Source of the DNA: a candidate division WOR-3 bacterium
Lineage (GTDB): Bacteria > Hydrothermota > Tepidihabitantia > B3-TA06
Direction: 5' to 3'
DNA: 64,000 bases
NCBI GenBank assembly: GCA_965649265.1
Contig: CBFGKC010000001.1
Coordinates: 204,688-268,687, forward strand
Part shown: in pieces, positions 31,057-40,630 of the stretch
How the letters are laid out: each line of letters begins with the position of its first letter
Numbering within the stretch: the stretch's first letter is position 1
Made by a program: the position numbers and the translations under genes
Notes under the pieces: generated by a model
Told to the model about the DNA's origin: nothing
What the model saw: the letters and a program-made list of their open reading frames with translations, nothing else
The model's database searches: none

Positions 31057-31553
31057 CGTTTGTAAAGTGTAGTCTTGTTGACCGCCCTAGTCAAGGCCGC
31101 AGCGGTCAGCGCGACTGCTGCGGCATCCGCCGCGTGGGAGGGCTTCAGGGTTTCCTTAAGTCTCAGCCATTTCGAAACCGCTCTTTCGATCTGCATCTTG
31201 CCGGCGTTGCCGTTACCGGTAAGTGTTTCCTTGATCTCGCGCGGCGTAATCTCGGCTATGTCCAGCCTCCTTTTGTGGGCCATGAGCAGAATCACTCCGA
31301 GAACCTTCCCTAAAGACAGTGCCGATCCCGGCGTGTCGCGGCGGACGAAAGCGGTCTCGACGGCGAGAATGCGCGGCTTGTATTGAGCCTCGATCTCCTC
31401 CAGCCTGTCTGAAATAATTGCGAGGCGAGCCGGCGTCGCCTGGCTCGCCTCTGTTCGTATCACACTCGAATGTAGAAGCTCGAGATCTTTTGCTCCGTCG
31501 ATTATCGCGACACCTGTCGAAGCAAGACCCGGGTCAATACCCATTATTCGCAT
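31053..31553 (-). CDS. ruvC: Crossover junction endodeoxyribonuclease RuvC
   Basis: GIDPG, AVE..F, K..LTGNG.A.K, ADAAAVA. Confidence 0.93.
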   Translation of the reverse strand: MRIMGIDPGLASTGVAIIDGAKDLELLHSSVIRTEASQATPARLAIISDRLEEIEAQYKPRILAVETAFVRRDTPGSALSLGKVLGVILLMAHKRRLDIAEITPREIKETLTGNGNAGKMQIERAVSKWLRLKETLKPSHAADAAAVALTAAALTRAVNKTTLYKR

Positions 31554-31597
31554 ATTCAACCCGTAAACCCCTTCCTTTGCCGGGAAAAGGGACGCGG

Positions 31598-32356
31598 CTA
31601 CTCCTCTGCCGCGGCGAGCTTCTCCATGATCGCCTCAGGGATGTCGAAGTTCGCATAGACGTTCTGCACGTCGTCATGATCCTCGAGTGCGTCAATCAGC
31701 TTAAGGACCTTGTGTGCATCCTTCTCGTCAAGCGTCACCGTGTTCTGAGGTATCTGGGTAAGCTCCGCGTGAAGTATCTCGACGTTCTTTTTCCCTAAAG
31801 CGTCTCTTACAGCCGCAAAAGCCGTAGGTTCCGTGCGGATTTCGTATATTTCACCGTCCTTGCGAAAGTCTTGCGCCCCGGCCTCAAGTGCTATATCGAG
31901 CGCCTGATCTTCCGGGTACTTGTCGGCAGGCAGGTGAATTATTCCGCAGGCTTTAAACTGCCAGGCCACGCTTCCGGCGCCGCCCATGTTGCCGCCGTTA
32001 CGTGAAAGGATGTGGCGAATCTCGCTCAACGTCCGGTTCTTATTATCGGTAAGAACCTGTATCACCACTGCCACTCCTGCGGGTCCGTAAACCTCATAGG
32101 TTACTTCCTCGTACGAAACGCCGGGTAGTTCACCTGTTCCTTTCTTTATGGCCCTGTCGATGTTGTCCATGGGCATGTTTGCGGCGCGGGCCGTGTCCAC
32201 GGCCGTTCGCAGACGGGGATTGGCGTCCGGGTCGCCTCCGCCTGTCTTTGCGGCGGTCGTAATCTCGCGGATGATCTTCGAAAAGAGTTTTCCGCGTTTC
32301 GCGTCAAGCGCGGACTTCTTGTGTTTTATCGTCGCCCACTTGGAATGGCCTGACAT
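31598..32356 (-). CDS. yebC: YebC/PmpR family protein
   Basis: MSGHSKWATIKHKK, TDNKNRT, DDVQNVY.N. Confidence 0.95.
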   Translation of the reverse strand: MSGHSKWATIKHKKSALDAKRGKLFSKIIREITTAAKTGGGDPDANPRLRTAVDTARAANMPMDNIDRAIKKGTGELPGVSYEEVTYEVYGPAGVAVVIQVLTDNKNRTLSEIRHILSRNGGNMGGAGSVAWQFKACGIIHLPADKYPEDQALDIALEAGAQDFRKDGEIYEIRTEPTAFAAVRDALGKKNVEILHAELTQIPQNTVTLDEKDAHKVLKLIDALEDHDDVQNVYANFDIPEAIMEKLAAAEE

Positions 32357-32382
32357 TTGCCTTTACTCCTGGATTTTGAACT

Positions 32383-32865
32383 TTATTTGTTGGTCTCGGT
32401 GCCGTACATGAGCGCTATTACGGTCTTGCCGTCTTCTTCGGAGACGGTAATGACTGCGCTGAAGTTACCCTTCTTAAGGGTTATGATGAAGCTCTCGCCT
32501 TCTTCGCCCGAGCCTGTAAGTCCACCTTCGTTGGACCAGCCCTTGCTCGTAAGGCCTTCGTAGTATTTGCTTACGGTCGAAACCGAGGCCTTGGTCTCAA
32601 GAGAGGCTATTCCGCCTGTGGCGCCTTCGTCGCCCATTCCCGAGAACGATCCGATTACTTTAGCGCCGGGGTAAATAAGCTCCTTGGGCAGATCCTTGGG
32701 GGCTTTGCCGGTAATATTAATATCAACGTCGCCGCCGCCTTCTTTCTCAAGACCTTTCTCGATCATCCGTTCGGTCATTTTCTCCGGCGAGCACGGCGCG
32801 CAGCAGTTCAGCGTAAAAACGGCGGTCAGCGAAAGGACCGCGAGAATAATGAACGTTTTCTTCAT
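32383..32865 (-). CDS. Hypothetical lipoprotein
   Basis: Signal peptide with Cys; 'P.DLP.ELIYPGAK' motif; GGAGGAG SD. Confidence 0.65.
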   Translation of the reverse strand: MKKTFIILAVLSLTAVFTLNCCAPCSPEKMTERMIEKGLEKEGGGDVDINITGKAPKDLPKELIYPGAKVIGSFSGMGDEGATGGIASLETKASVSTVSKYYEGLTSKGWSNEGGLTGSGEEGESFIITLKKGNFSAVITVSEEDGKTVIALMYGTETNK

Positions 32866-32939
32866 TGTTCTCCTCCAATGGTTTGTCTTAGTGTTTATAT
32901 TAAAGCTCCAATACCCTGAAGCATCCTTAAAACAGGCCT

Positions 32940-33518
32940 TTAACCCTTGTTCAGCACAGACCCCAGGCGCATGTAGGCCTTAGGGCCTTCAACGTAAAGA
33001 TCGCCGCCGTATACGTCGTTGGTCACTATGGCGGGAAAGTCCTTAACCTCAAGACGCCTTATTGCCTCGGCACCCAGCTCGGGATAAGCAATCACTTCTG
33101 CAGTCTTGATCGAACGCGCAATGAGAGCGGCCGCCCCGCCTACCGCCGTAAAATAAACCGCGCCGAACTTCTTCATAGCCTCGAGCACGGGAGCGGAACG
33201 CTGGCCTTTTCCTATCATACCCCTCAGCCCGTGCTCGATAAGCAAGGGAGCGTAAGCATCCATGCGGCCGGATGTCGTTGGTCCTGCCGAGCCTATGGGA
33301 TAACCGGGAGGAGCGGGGGAGGGCCCTACGTAGTAGATAATTTGACCCGCCAGATCGAACGGAAGATCCTTACCCTCCTTGATGAGTTCCACGAGACGCT
33401 TGTGCGCCGCGTCCCTTGCCGTGTATATGACGCCCGAAATCAACACGCCGTCGCCCGAGCGCAACTCGGCTATTCTTTCAGGGGTTAAAGGCGTTGTCAC
33501 AATCTTTCGTTCAGACAT
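32940..33518 (-). CDS. Class I fumarate hydratase beta subunit (TtdB-like)
   Basis: TARDAAHKR, GPTTSGRM, IGKG, LGAEAI. Confidence 0.92.
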   Translation of the reverse strand: MSERKIVTTPLTPERIAELRSGDGVLISGVIYTARDAAHKRLVELIKEGKDLPFDLAGQIIYYVGPSPAPPGYPIGSAGPTTSGRMDAYAPLLIEHGLRGMIGKGQRSAPVLEAMKKFGAVYFTAVGGAAALIARSIKTAEVIAYPELGAEAIRRLEVKDFPAIVTNDVYGGDLYVEGPKAYMRLGSVLNKG

Positions 33519-33574
33519 AAAATTCCTTACGAGGACTATATCCATAAGTCAGCAGTTGTCAATATATTTACAGA

Positions 33575-33740
33575 CCCAAAACCCTTACCCCTGCGGGGCA
33601 TCCTTATATGCAGCTTCAGTCCAAGGAAATAACACCCGTACCCCTTCGGGTTCTCCTTATCAAGGGGGGGAGGAGACCGAGTAATCTCCCTCCCCTTGTG
33701 GGTGGGAATAGAAGGGAGGGGGGATTCTCGTATCCCCTCG
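33575..33740. repeat. Cluster of GC-rich palindromic repeats; shares segments with 38899-38992
   Basis: The reverse complement of 33599-33632 matches 38899-38932 at 31/34; ACACCCGTACCCCTTCGGG matches 38973-38991. Confidence 0.7.
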
Positions 33741-33904
33741 CACTCACCACGTCATTCTGAGGACTGCAGACCAAAGGATGCAGGACGAAAGAATCTCATA
33801 GTTTTCAAGAAAAACCGCGTGTTGCTGAGACTGTGGTTTCCCTGTGAGACCCTCACGTCGTTTCGGCCTCCGGCCTTCACTTCTCAGGGTGACGGCTGTG
33901 AGTG
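33741..33904. mobile_element. MITE-like palindromic element with GTCATTCTGAG/CTCAGGGTGAC termini
   Basis: Terminal inverted repeats at 33751-33761 and 33883-33893; internal GAATCTC/GAGACCC arms. Confidence 0.55.
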
Positions 33905-33910
33905 ACGCTT

Positions 33911-34558
33911 CTACGAAGCGTCGGATGAGGGAGGTTTTTCTTGCACCTTCTGCTCCCCAGACTTATCTTTTTTCATTGATGCCCAGTACTCTGTCAGTTC
34001 TCGAGCGAGTTTAGAGGCATTTGGCTCTTCGAGCATGAATGTGATTGCTAATATTGTTAAGCAAAGTGAAGCGATTGCAAGGATAGTTTCAATAACCATC
34101 GCCGTCCACAAAAAAGAGTCCGATGGAAGAACGGCTCCAATAAGCAAGAAAATAATGGCCACAGTAACGGTAACAGAAGATATTACTATCGGTGGAGAAA
34201 TTATCTTTTTGACCTTAGAATAATAAACACCTAATATACCCCATTCTGTCATTTTCAAATTGATATCACGATGTATCGAATTTTTTTTCTTAATCAATTC
34301 TATCATTAATTCCTTAACCAACTCTTCATCTGAAAAGCTGTTAACTAATACTTGCGCGGCATTTAACAATTCTGAGTTCCCCTTCGCCTTTTCAAAACAG
34401 TACAAACTCCTTATCTTTTCAGCTGTTGATTTTCTTTCAGCAACAAGGTTACCTATCCTATAAATATAAAACATCGCGGTCAGCGCAATCAGCGCAGCAA
34501 ACGCCTGGGCGATTGAGGACGAAAGGTAATTGTAGGCTGTGAAAAGTTGATCTCCCAT
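33911..34558 (-). CDS. Hypothetical 3-TM membrane protein, AT-rich (probably acquired)
   Basis: Visibly AT-rich ORF flanked by repeat clusters; own promoter. Confidence 0.65.
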   Translation of the reverse strand: MGDQLFTAYNYLSSSIAQAFAALIALTAMFYIYRIGNLVAERKSTAEKIRSLYCFEKAKGNSELLNAAQVLVNSFSDEELVKELMIELIKKKNSIHRDINLKMTEWGILGVYYSKVKKIISPPIVISSVTVTVAIIFLLIGAVLPSDSFLWTAMVIETILAIASLCLTILAITFMLEEPNASKLARELTEYWASMKKDKSGEQKVQEKPPSSDAS

Positions 34559-34619
34559 GAGCAAAGGATAGGCTGAGTAAAAGGGAAGTCAACCCGCCCC
34601 GAATGTCTGCTTCGCATAC

Positions 34620-34940
34620 ATTCGGGGAACCCCTAGTCACCCCCACCCACCTCCCCCATCAAAGGGGGAGGGCTAGCGTCTGGAAGACGCATTGGCGGAA
34701 GTTCCTTCGCAACTCCATAATAAAGAGCGGCTTTCCCCCGCACGACGCTCTTCCAAAACCTCCCTCCCCTGGTGGGAGGGATAGAGGGAGGGGGGAATCC
34801 CTCACCCGGCGCTATGCGCCACCCTCTCCCGAGGAGAGAGGGCAGGGATTCTCCTCTCCCTATGGGAGAGGAGTCAGAGGTGAGGGTGTCCTATCGTTGA
34901 GAGCAACAGTACCTCCCCCTTGACGGGGGTGAGGGTAACG
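34620..34940. repeat. Cluster of CCCTC(T/C)CCC..GGGAG(A)GGG palindromic repeats
   Basis: For example CCTCCCCTGGTGGGAGGG, CCCTCTCCCGAGGAGAGAGGG and CTCCTCTCCCTATGGGAGAGGAG. Confidence 0.75.
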
Positions 34941-35212
34941 CCCCCAAAAGAACGCTTTATTGTGCCAAGTGCCGGGGAAAACCTTCATTTTGAAACGGAA
35001 GTTTGACTTCCCAAAGTAAGCCGAGAGTCCAACTTCTAACGCTCCTTCGGAGCGTACGCCCCATCCCAGGGGCGGTCTTTGTCCCACTTTTGACCAGCTT
35101 TTTTTCTCCAAAATCCTCCGATTTTGCCCGAAATGTCCCACTTCTGACCAACTTTTGTCCCACTTAGTTATCCACATTTTTGACGCGGTTCGTTAAACCT
35201 GGCCTCCCTTCA

Positions 35213-35247
35213 CCCCACAAAATCGTGAACGATTTTGCGGGGACCCC
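35213..35247. repeat. CCCC...GGGG(ACCCC) REP-like hairpin
   Basis: CCCCACAAAATCG-TGAA-CGATTTTGCGGGG. Confidence 0.7.
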
Positions 35248-35379
35248 GACTCCGCTTTTTCAGTCGGCAAACTTCCCTTGGTTTCTTGAGAGTCGCGGGG
35301 TGTGTGTTTCTTGACATTTTCGTGACTCGGCGTAGTATTGCATGATGTTAAATTTTCCGCGACATTCCAAGGAGGCCGC

Positions 35380-36225
35380 ATGCGCGAGTTTAACGTAAGC
35401 GACGTAATTGAACCGGTTAGAAATCTCTGCATCGAGGCCAACACCGTTCTGCCCGATGATGTGAAACGATCGTTACTCGATGCGGCAAAGACGGAGGAGT
35501 CTCCTGTCGGCAGGGAGATACTCGCGCAAATCACGGAAAATATTGACATAGCTTGCAAGGAAAAGCTGCCCATCTGCCAGGATACCGGGTTCGCAGTACT
35601 TTTCGTAGAGGTGGGACAGGACGTTCACCTTGCGGGAGGGAGTCTGAGGGATGCGATAAACGAAGGAGTCAGAAGAGGTTATACAGACGGATATCTGAGA
35701 AAGTCCATCGTCGAGGACCCGGCGGGCGCAAGGGTGAACACGAAAGACAACACGCCGGCGATTATACATTGGGATATCGTTCCGGGCGATAAGGTGAAGA
35801 TAACGATAGCGCCCAAGGGCGGCGGCAGCGAGAACATGAGCACGGTGAAGATGATGAAGCCCGCGGACGGTTTGGTTGGTGTGGAAAAGTTTGTCGTGGA
35901 TTGGGTTCGCCAGGCCGGCGGCAACCCCTGCCCCCCCGTAATTGTGGGCGTGGGAATCGGGGGGAACTTCGAATACGTTGCCTATCTTGCTAAAAAAGCG
36001 CTGCTTAGGGATATCGGCTCACACAATCCGAATCAGAAGTATGCGGAGGCGGAAAAGGCGATTCTTGAGGGAATAAATGACACCGGAGTCGGCCCTATGG
36101 GTCTTGGAGGCCGGATTACAGCGCTTGCCGTGATGATTGAAACCCACCCCTGTCACATAGCCTCAATGCCCGTGGCCGTCAACATAAATTGCCATGCTGC
36201 AAGACATAAATCGGTCGTTCTCTAG
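35380..36225 (+). CDS. Class I fumarate hydratase alpha subunit (TtdA-like)
   Basis: PICQDTG, GYLRKSIV, KGGGSEN, CPP..VGVGIGG, CHAARH. Confidence 0.93.
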   Translation: MREFNVSDVIEPVRNLCIEANTVLPDDVKRSLLDAAKTEESPVGREILAQITENIDIACKEKLPICQDTGFAVLFVEVGQDVHLAGGSLRDAINEGVRRGYTDGYLRKSIVEDPAGARVNTKDNTPAIIHWDIVPGDKVKITIAPKGGGSENMSTVKMMKPADGLVGVEKFVVDWVRQAGGNPCPPVIVGVGIGGNFEYVAYLAKKALLRDIGSHNPNQKYAEAEKAILEGINDTGVGPMGLGGRITALAVMIETHPCHIASMPVAVNINCHAARHKSVVL

Positions 36226-36340
36226 TTTTCTAGGGCTGTGCAGCGGGGAGGTAAAGAATTTTGCGATCTTTTCGGGAAAGAGGGCCCCAAGACCCGAGCT
36301 GAGAAATGGGTCTAAAAACCCCAAGGAGGAATAAAACAAA

Positions 36341-37648
36341 ATGAGAATCTTAGTTCTCAACTGCGGCTCATCTTCCGTAAAATATATGCTTTATAAGTGG
36401 GGCGAGCGCCGGCCGCTCGCGTCCGGTCTCGTCGAGCGCGTGGGACTTGCCGGCTCCTTCATCAAGCACCAGGTCCCGGGCAGGGAAACCTACGAGGAAT
36501 CTCGCGTGTGCCCCACACATAAAGAAGCAATAGGTTTAGTAATAGAGACACTTACGCACGCCGAGGCAGGCGTGATTCGGTCCCTTGAGGAAATACAGGC
36601 TTGTGGTCACCGCGTTGTTCACGGCGGCGAGCGATTTGCCTCATCGGTCCGAATTACACCTGAGGTGCTTGCAACTTTCAGGGAGCTTTCCGACCTTGCT
36701 CCTCTTCATAACCCGCCCAATATACTGGGTATAGAGGCGGCAATGCACCATTTGCCGGGTATCCCCCACATCGCGGTAATGGATACGAGCTTTCACCAGG
36801 CTATGCCTGCGGAATCCTACATCTATGCCGTTCCCTACGCATGGTATCGCAACTACAAGATTCGCCGCTACGGTTTTCACGGAACCTCGCACCTGTATGT
36901 TTCAAAAAGAGCGGCAGTTATGCTTGGGAAAAAACCGGACGAGGTAAACCTCATCACCTGTCATATCGGCAACGGTGTAAGCTTTACGGCGATTAAGAAC
37001 GGCAAAAGCTTCGATCATTCGATGGGTTTCACGCCGCTGGAGGGGCTCGTGATGGGCACGCGTTCAGGAGATCTGGACCCGGCCATAATCGGATATATCT
37101 CTCAGAAAGAAGGACTTACCGCGCAGCAAGTGATCGATATCCTCAACAAGAAATCGGGAATCCTCGGCATCAGCGAGAAGTACGTTGACCGCCGTGACAT
37201 CCACACGGCAATGGAGCAGGGTGAAAAGCAGGCCGAGCTGGCGTTTAACATCGAGTGTTACCGCGCAAAGAAATATATCGGCTCCTATCTTGCCGCACTT
37301 GGCCATACGGACGCAATCGTCTTCACCGCGGGCGTCGGCGAACGCGGCTGGGAGATGCGCGAGGAAGTATGTCGCGGACTTGAAGAGCTTGGTGTCAAGC
37401 TCGATTTGAAGCGCAACCGCGAAGCGGTGAGTCGTAACCACGAGTTCGTCATCTCGACCGATGATTCCAAGGTAAAGATATTCGTGATTCCGACTGACGA
37501 GGAACTCGTCTTTGTTGAAGACGTTGTCGGTATCCTTGAGGGTACTTACGGAACAAAGGATTTCCGATACTCGTTCGAGGGCCATGATTACCATAACCCC
37601 CTTCGAGACGAGGCTTACGAAAAAGAACTGAAGAAGAATAACAACTAA
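36341..37648 (+). CDS. ackA: Acetate kinase
   Basis: LNCGSSS, GHRVVHGG, APLHNP, RRYGFHGTSH, PTDEEL. Confidence 0.96.
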   Translation: MRILVLNCGSSSVKYMLYKWGERRPLASGLVERVGLAGSFIKHQVPGRETYEESRVCPTHKEAIGLVIETLTHAEAGVIRSLEEIQACGHRVVHGGERFASSVRITPEVLATFRELSDLAPLHNPPNILGIEAAMHHLPGIPHIAVMDTSFHQAMPAESYIYAVPYAWYRNYKIRRYGFHGTSHLYVSKRAAVMLGKKPDEVNLITCHIGNGVSFTAIKNGKSFDHSMGFTPLEGLVMGTRSGDLDPAIIGYISQKEGLTAQQVIDILNKKSGILGISEKYVDRRDIHTAMEQGEKQAELAFNIECYRAKKYIGSYLAALGHTDAIVFTAGVGERGWEMREEVCRGLEELGVKLDLKRNREAVSRNHEFVISTDDSKVKIFVIPTDEELVFVEDVVGILEGTYGTKDFRYSFEGHDYHNPLRDEAYEKELKKNNN

Positions 37649-37840
37649 CCTCAAGAATCGCAAGCGGTCTTTTACCTGTTTTTTCTGCTCGTGAAGAGTT
37701 TACTATCTCTGTCGTACATAAGGATATTCTTGTGGAAAAGCTGATCGTTAAAGAGATTCGGTAAAACCTTGTGGAGAAAAATGGTTACATGAAGCAGTCT
37801 TTATCTACTGCTTTAAGTTTGTTTACGACAGAAAGTGTGG

Positions 37841-38272
37841 TCAGGCCAGCCTTTTCTTTACTGCAAAAAGCGAGCTTTCAGGTTCTTCAAGCATCTGGCA
37901 GGCAAGCTGCTCGGATTCCTCCCATCCCTTTGCAGCATCTATTCGGGCAAGCGTTTCCTTGGTGAGAGAAATTTCGATTGATCTGGAGCAATCTTTCAAT
38001 TCGAATCTCACGCGCGCCTCGCATTCACCGGATACGCTGATATTCCCCTTGCCTAACGTGCAGCAGGAACCTAGCTGTACGCCATCTGTAAAACACGAGA
38101 TGGGTGGTTTGAACCCGGTCATTGTATGTGCGCGCTTTCCGAAAGGGTCATCGCTCAGCTCGCGGTTGGCGATCTGGCCGGCGCGGAACCCCAGAACCAC
38201 ATAGGGGCCGAGGTGTCCGTGAAAACGTTTTATGCAGTCAATTATCTCGTTACTGGAAAGTTCCTTATGCAT
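37841..38272 (-). CDS. FmdE/FwdE family protein
   Basis: FHGHLGPYVVLG.R.G, SCFTDGVQ....CTLGKGN. Confidence 0.85.
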   Translation of the reverse strand: MHKELSSNEIIDCIKRFHGHLGPYVVLGFRAGQIANRELSDDPFGKRAHTMTGFKPPISCFTDGVQLGSCCTLGKGNISVSGECEARVRFELKDCSRSIEISLTKETLARIDAAKGWEESEQLACQMLEEPESSLFAVKKRLA

Positions 38273-38749
38273 AACTTATTCTACTAGAGATATGTTTATT
38301 GTCAAGTTTTTATTTTAAGAAAAGAAATTGATTTTTAAAGTCTGCCATCTATTAAGGGGACTGTAGTCTTGACAATCTTTTACGACGCATATCCTTTCTT
38401 CATGTGAGATAACTTCTTTGTAACCTGTAACTACCTTTCTTTCACCATCGCAAAGGCCTTCGCGGTAATCGAGCCGGTTTATAATGAAAATGGAAACCAA
38501 CGAATGCGAACGTGCTTGGGGGAAAATGGCGTCTTCAAGACACATTGAAAGAACAAGATCAACTGATTCACAAAGTAGAGCGAGTAGCAATTATACCGAT
38601 CGCCCTCTCCGCTATCGTTGGACGGTAAAATGTGAGCGGCGGAAAACGGTTCCGCGCATGCTACTTCCAGTCGCTACAGTAAATCCTGAGGCAACCTGCT
38701 GGACGAAGTTCGGCCCATGCGCATTCCAGGCGTTCCCTCAACCGGCTTC

Positions 38750-38995
38750 GCCGACCTCTTCCGAAGGGCGAGGTAAATCTCACCCTCCCCCTAGCGCTTC
38801 GAAGAAACGCACCCCTCCCGTAGAGAGAGGGATACGTTGATTTGATAAGACCTTATCGCACCACCCCCGTCGAGTTTGGAGGGAAGGGAGGGGGTGTTTT
38901 ATTTCCTTAGCCTGAAGCTGCATATGAGGATGACCTATGAAATATAAGCTTATTTCAAGGGTCAGACCCAGCCCCGAAGGGGTACGGGTGTTACG
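38750..38995. repeat. Palindromic repeat cluster downstream of the LRR gene
   Basis: ACCTCTTCCGAAGGGCGAGGT, CCCTCCCGTAGAGAGAGGG, and the family shared with 33599-33650 and 60304-60357. Confidence 0.65.
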
Positions 38996-38997
38996 GG

Positions 38998-40260
38998 TCA
39001 GTAGTATTTCACCACGTTGCAGTCGGGCAGGGTTTTTTTGAAAGAGCTGATTGCCTCGTCCGTAACCTGGGTACCCGAAACGTCAAGGTATCGCAGATTT
39101 TTCATTTCCTTGAGTTCCAGAAGCCCCTTGTCCGTTATCGCAGTCGAAACGAGCACCAGGTTTTTAAGCGAAGGCAAGGTCTTAAGAACCTCAACGTCAT
39201 CGTCCGTCAGACCGGTCGAAGCCAGGTCCAGACGCCTAAGATTCGAGAGCCCCGACAGGTGTTTGAGCCCGTTGCCCGATAAGACCGATTCACCCCCTCC
39301 CCCTATGCTGAGCGAATAGAGGTGCTTGAGATCACTGAGGCATTTCAACTCATCGTCCGTGACGCCGGTGCCGGTTAGATCGAGCCTCTCCAGATTGGTC
39401 ATCCGTGCAATCCGGGGCAGATCGTCCTCGTAAACGCCGGAGTAAGGAAGTGATAATGATTTGAGCGTGTTCGTGCGCGCAAGATACTCCAGCACCTCGT
39501 CGGCAATCTCGGCCTGGATAATCGTCAGCTCCTGGAGGGCGGGCAGGGTGGGTAGGAAACTCACCCATCCCGTGTCCGCTACTTCCCAGTATCTCGTCAA
39601 TGCGCGAAGGTTCTTGTGTCCCCTGAGCGCAAAAAGCTCCTCGTCGGGCGTGGAAGCGAGTGTCAGTTCGCGTAGATTCGCAAGTCCGGCAATCACTCCC
39701 ACCGAACCTTCGGGCAGGAGGGTAACCTCGAAGTCGAGCGTCACCAATCCCTTGCATGCGGCAAGGTCTCGAATCATGCTTTCTGAAAGCTCCCCTGCGG
39801 TGAAGTACAACCCGGAGAGGTTCTTTAATCCGGTGACGACACTCGAGTACTCGACGGAGTCCTCGATGGAGCCAACAAAGAAAAGCGAGCGAAGGTTCTC
39901 GTACTCTGCCGCTCTCGCCAGGTCATAACCAGGCACTATCCCTGTGATAATCTGTTCGGGATCATCGACGACTATCGAATCCGGCGTGGTCAGATCGACC
40001 CCGACCACCCTGCCGTTGACCTGGAGGGTGTTTGCTTGCGGCTTGTAGTCAATCTCTGTTTCGCCCTGCCACGGGTAGTAATATTCGAAGTCGGGGTTTG
40101 CGGCTAGATTAAGGAAGTGCTCGCCCGGCTTCCAATCCGTCGTGTTGACCTCCTCCTCGTATGCCCCCTCCCTTGTTATCACCAAATCACCTTCCGCCGG
40201 GGTCACCAGAACAACCGTGAGCGCCAGCCCCCATCCGAGGGCTTTACTTGCATATTTCAT
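38998..40260 (-). CDS. Secreted leucine-rich repeat protein
   Basis: Signal peptide; LxxLxLxxTxVTDxxL repeats of about 24 aa. Confidence 0.85.
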   Translation of the reverse strand: MKYASKALGWGLALTVVLVTPAEGDLVITREGAYEEEVNTTDWKPGEHFLNLAANPDFEYYYPWQGETEIDYKPQANTLQVNGRVVGVDLTTPDSIVVDDPEQIITGIVPGYDLARAAEYENLRSLFFVGSIEDSVEYSSVVTGLKNLSGLYFTAGELSESMIRDLAACKGLVTLDFEVTLLPEGSVGVIAGLANLRELTLASTPDEELFALRGHKNLRALTRYWEVADTGWVSFLPTLPALQELTIIQAEIADEVLEYLARTNTLKSLSLPYSGVYEDDLPRIARMTNLERLDLTGTGVTDDELKCLSDLKHLYSLSIGGGGESVLSGNGLKHLSGLSNLRRLDLASTGLTDDDVEVLKTLPSLKNLVLVSTAITDKGLLELKEMKNLRYLDVSGTQVTDEAISSFKKTLPDCNVVKYY

Positions 40261-40630
40261 ACTTCCTCCTTATGGCGAGATATCCTATCTCCGTAAAAAA
40301 AGTTGTCAACGGTCCGCGGCGCCCGCCGGAGAAAAGTTGATCGCGGCCTGGGGCGTTGGTAATCGTGTTATTGAATAATCGGTAGTACCCGGGATACATC
40401 AAAATACCTATTGACGCGGGCCGTCACGTTCACATAATCATTAAGTTAAATGTTTCTGAGAACGGATTTAAGCAAATCAGGAGGAAGAATGCTTAAACGC
40501 GACGGGCTGGGAATTTATAAAGAGGTGCTTACCGCGGACCGCAGGCCTTGCGCCTTCAAATCCCTTCTTTCGTCATGTTTTTCTCCAATTTCAGTGGTGC
40601 GTGATTCGTTATCCCCTCCGGGAGAGCGCT

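Noticed and set aside
34951-34969. Possible sigma54 promoter TGGCACAATAAAGC on the minus strand
   Set aside because: GG-GC spacing is 9 rather than the required 10, and TTGC is absent.
35168-35176. Replication origin
   Set aside because: A single DnaA box, with no clear DUE and no dnaA/dnaN context.
34603-35177. Pro/Gly-rich ORFs between the fumarase subunits (likewise 60969-61632)
   Set aside because: Translations of palindromic repeats.
38315-38840. ORFs 38315-38590 and 38484-38840
   Set aside because: No clear SD or motifs; the second runs into repeats. Possibly decayed sequence.
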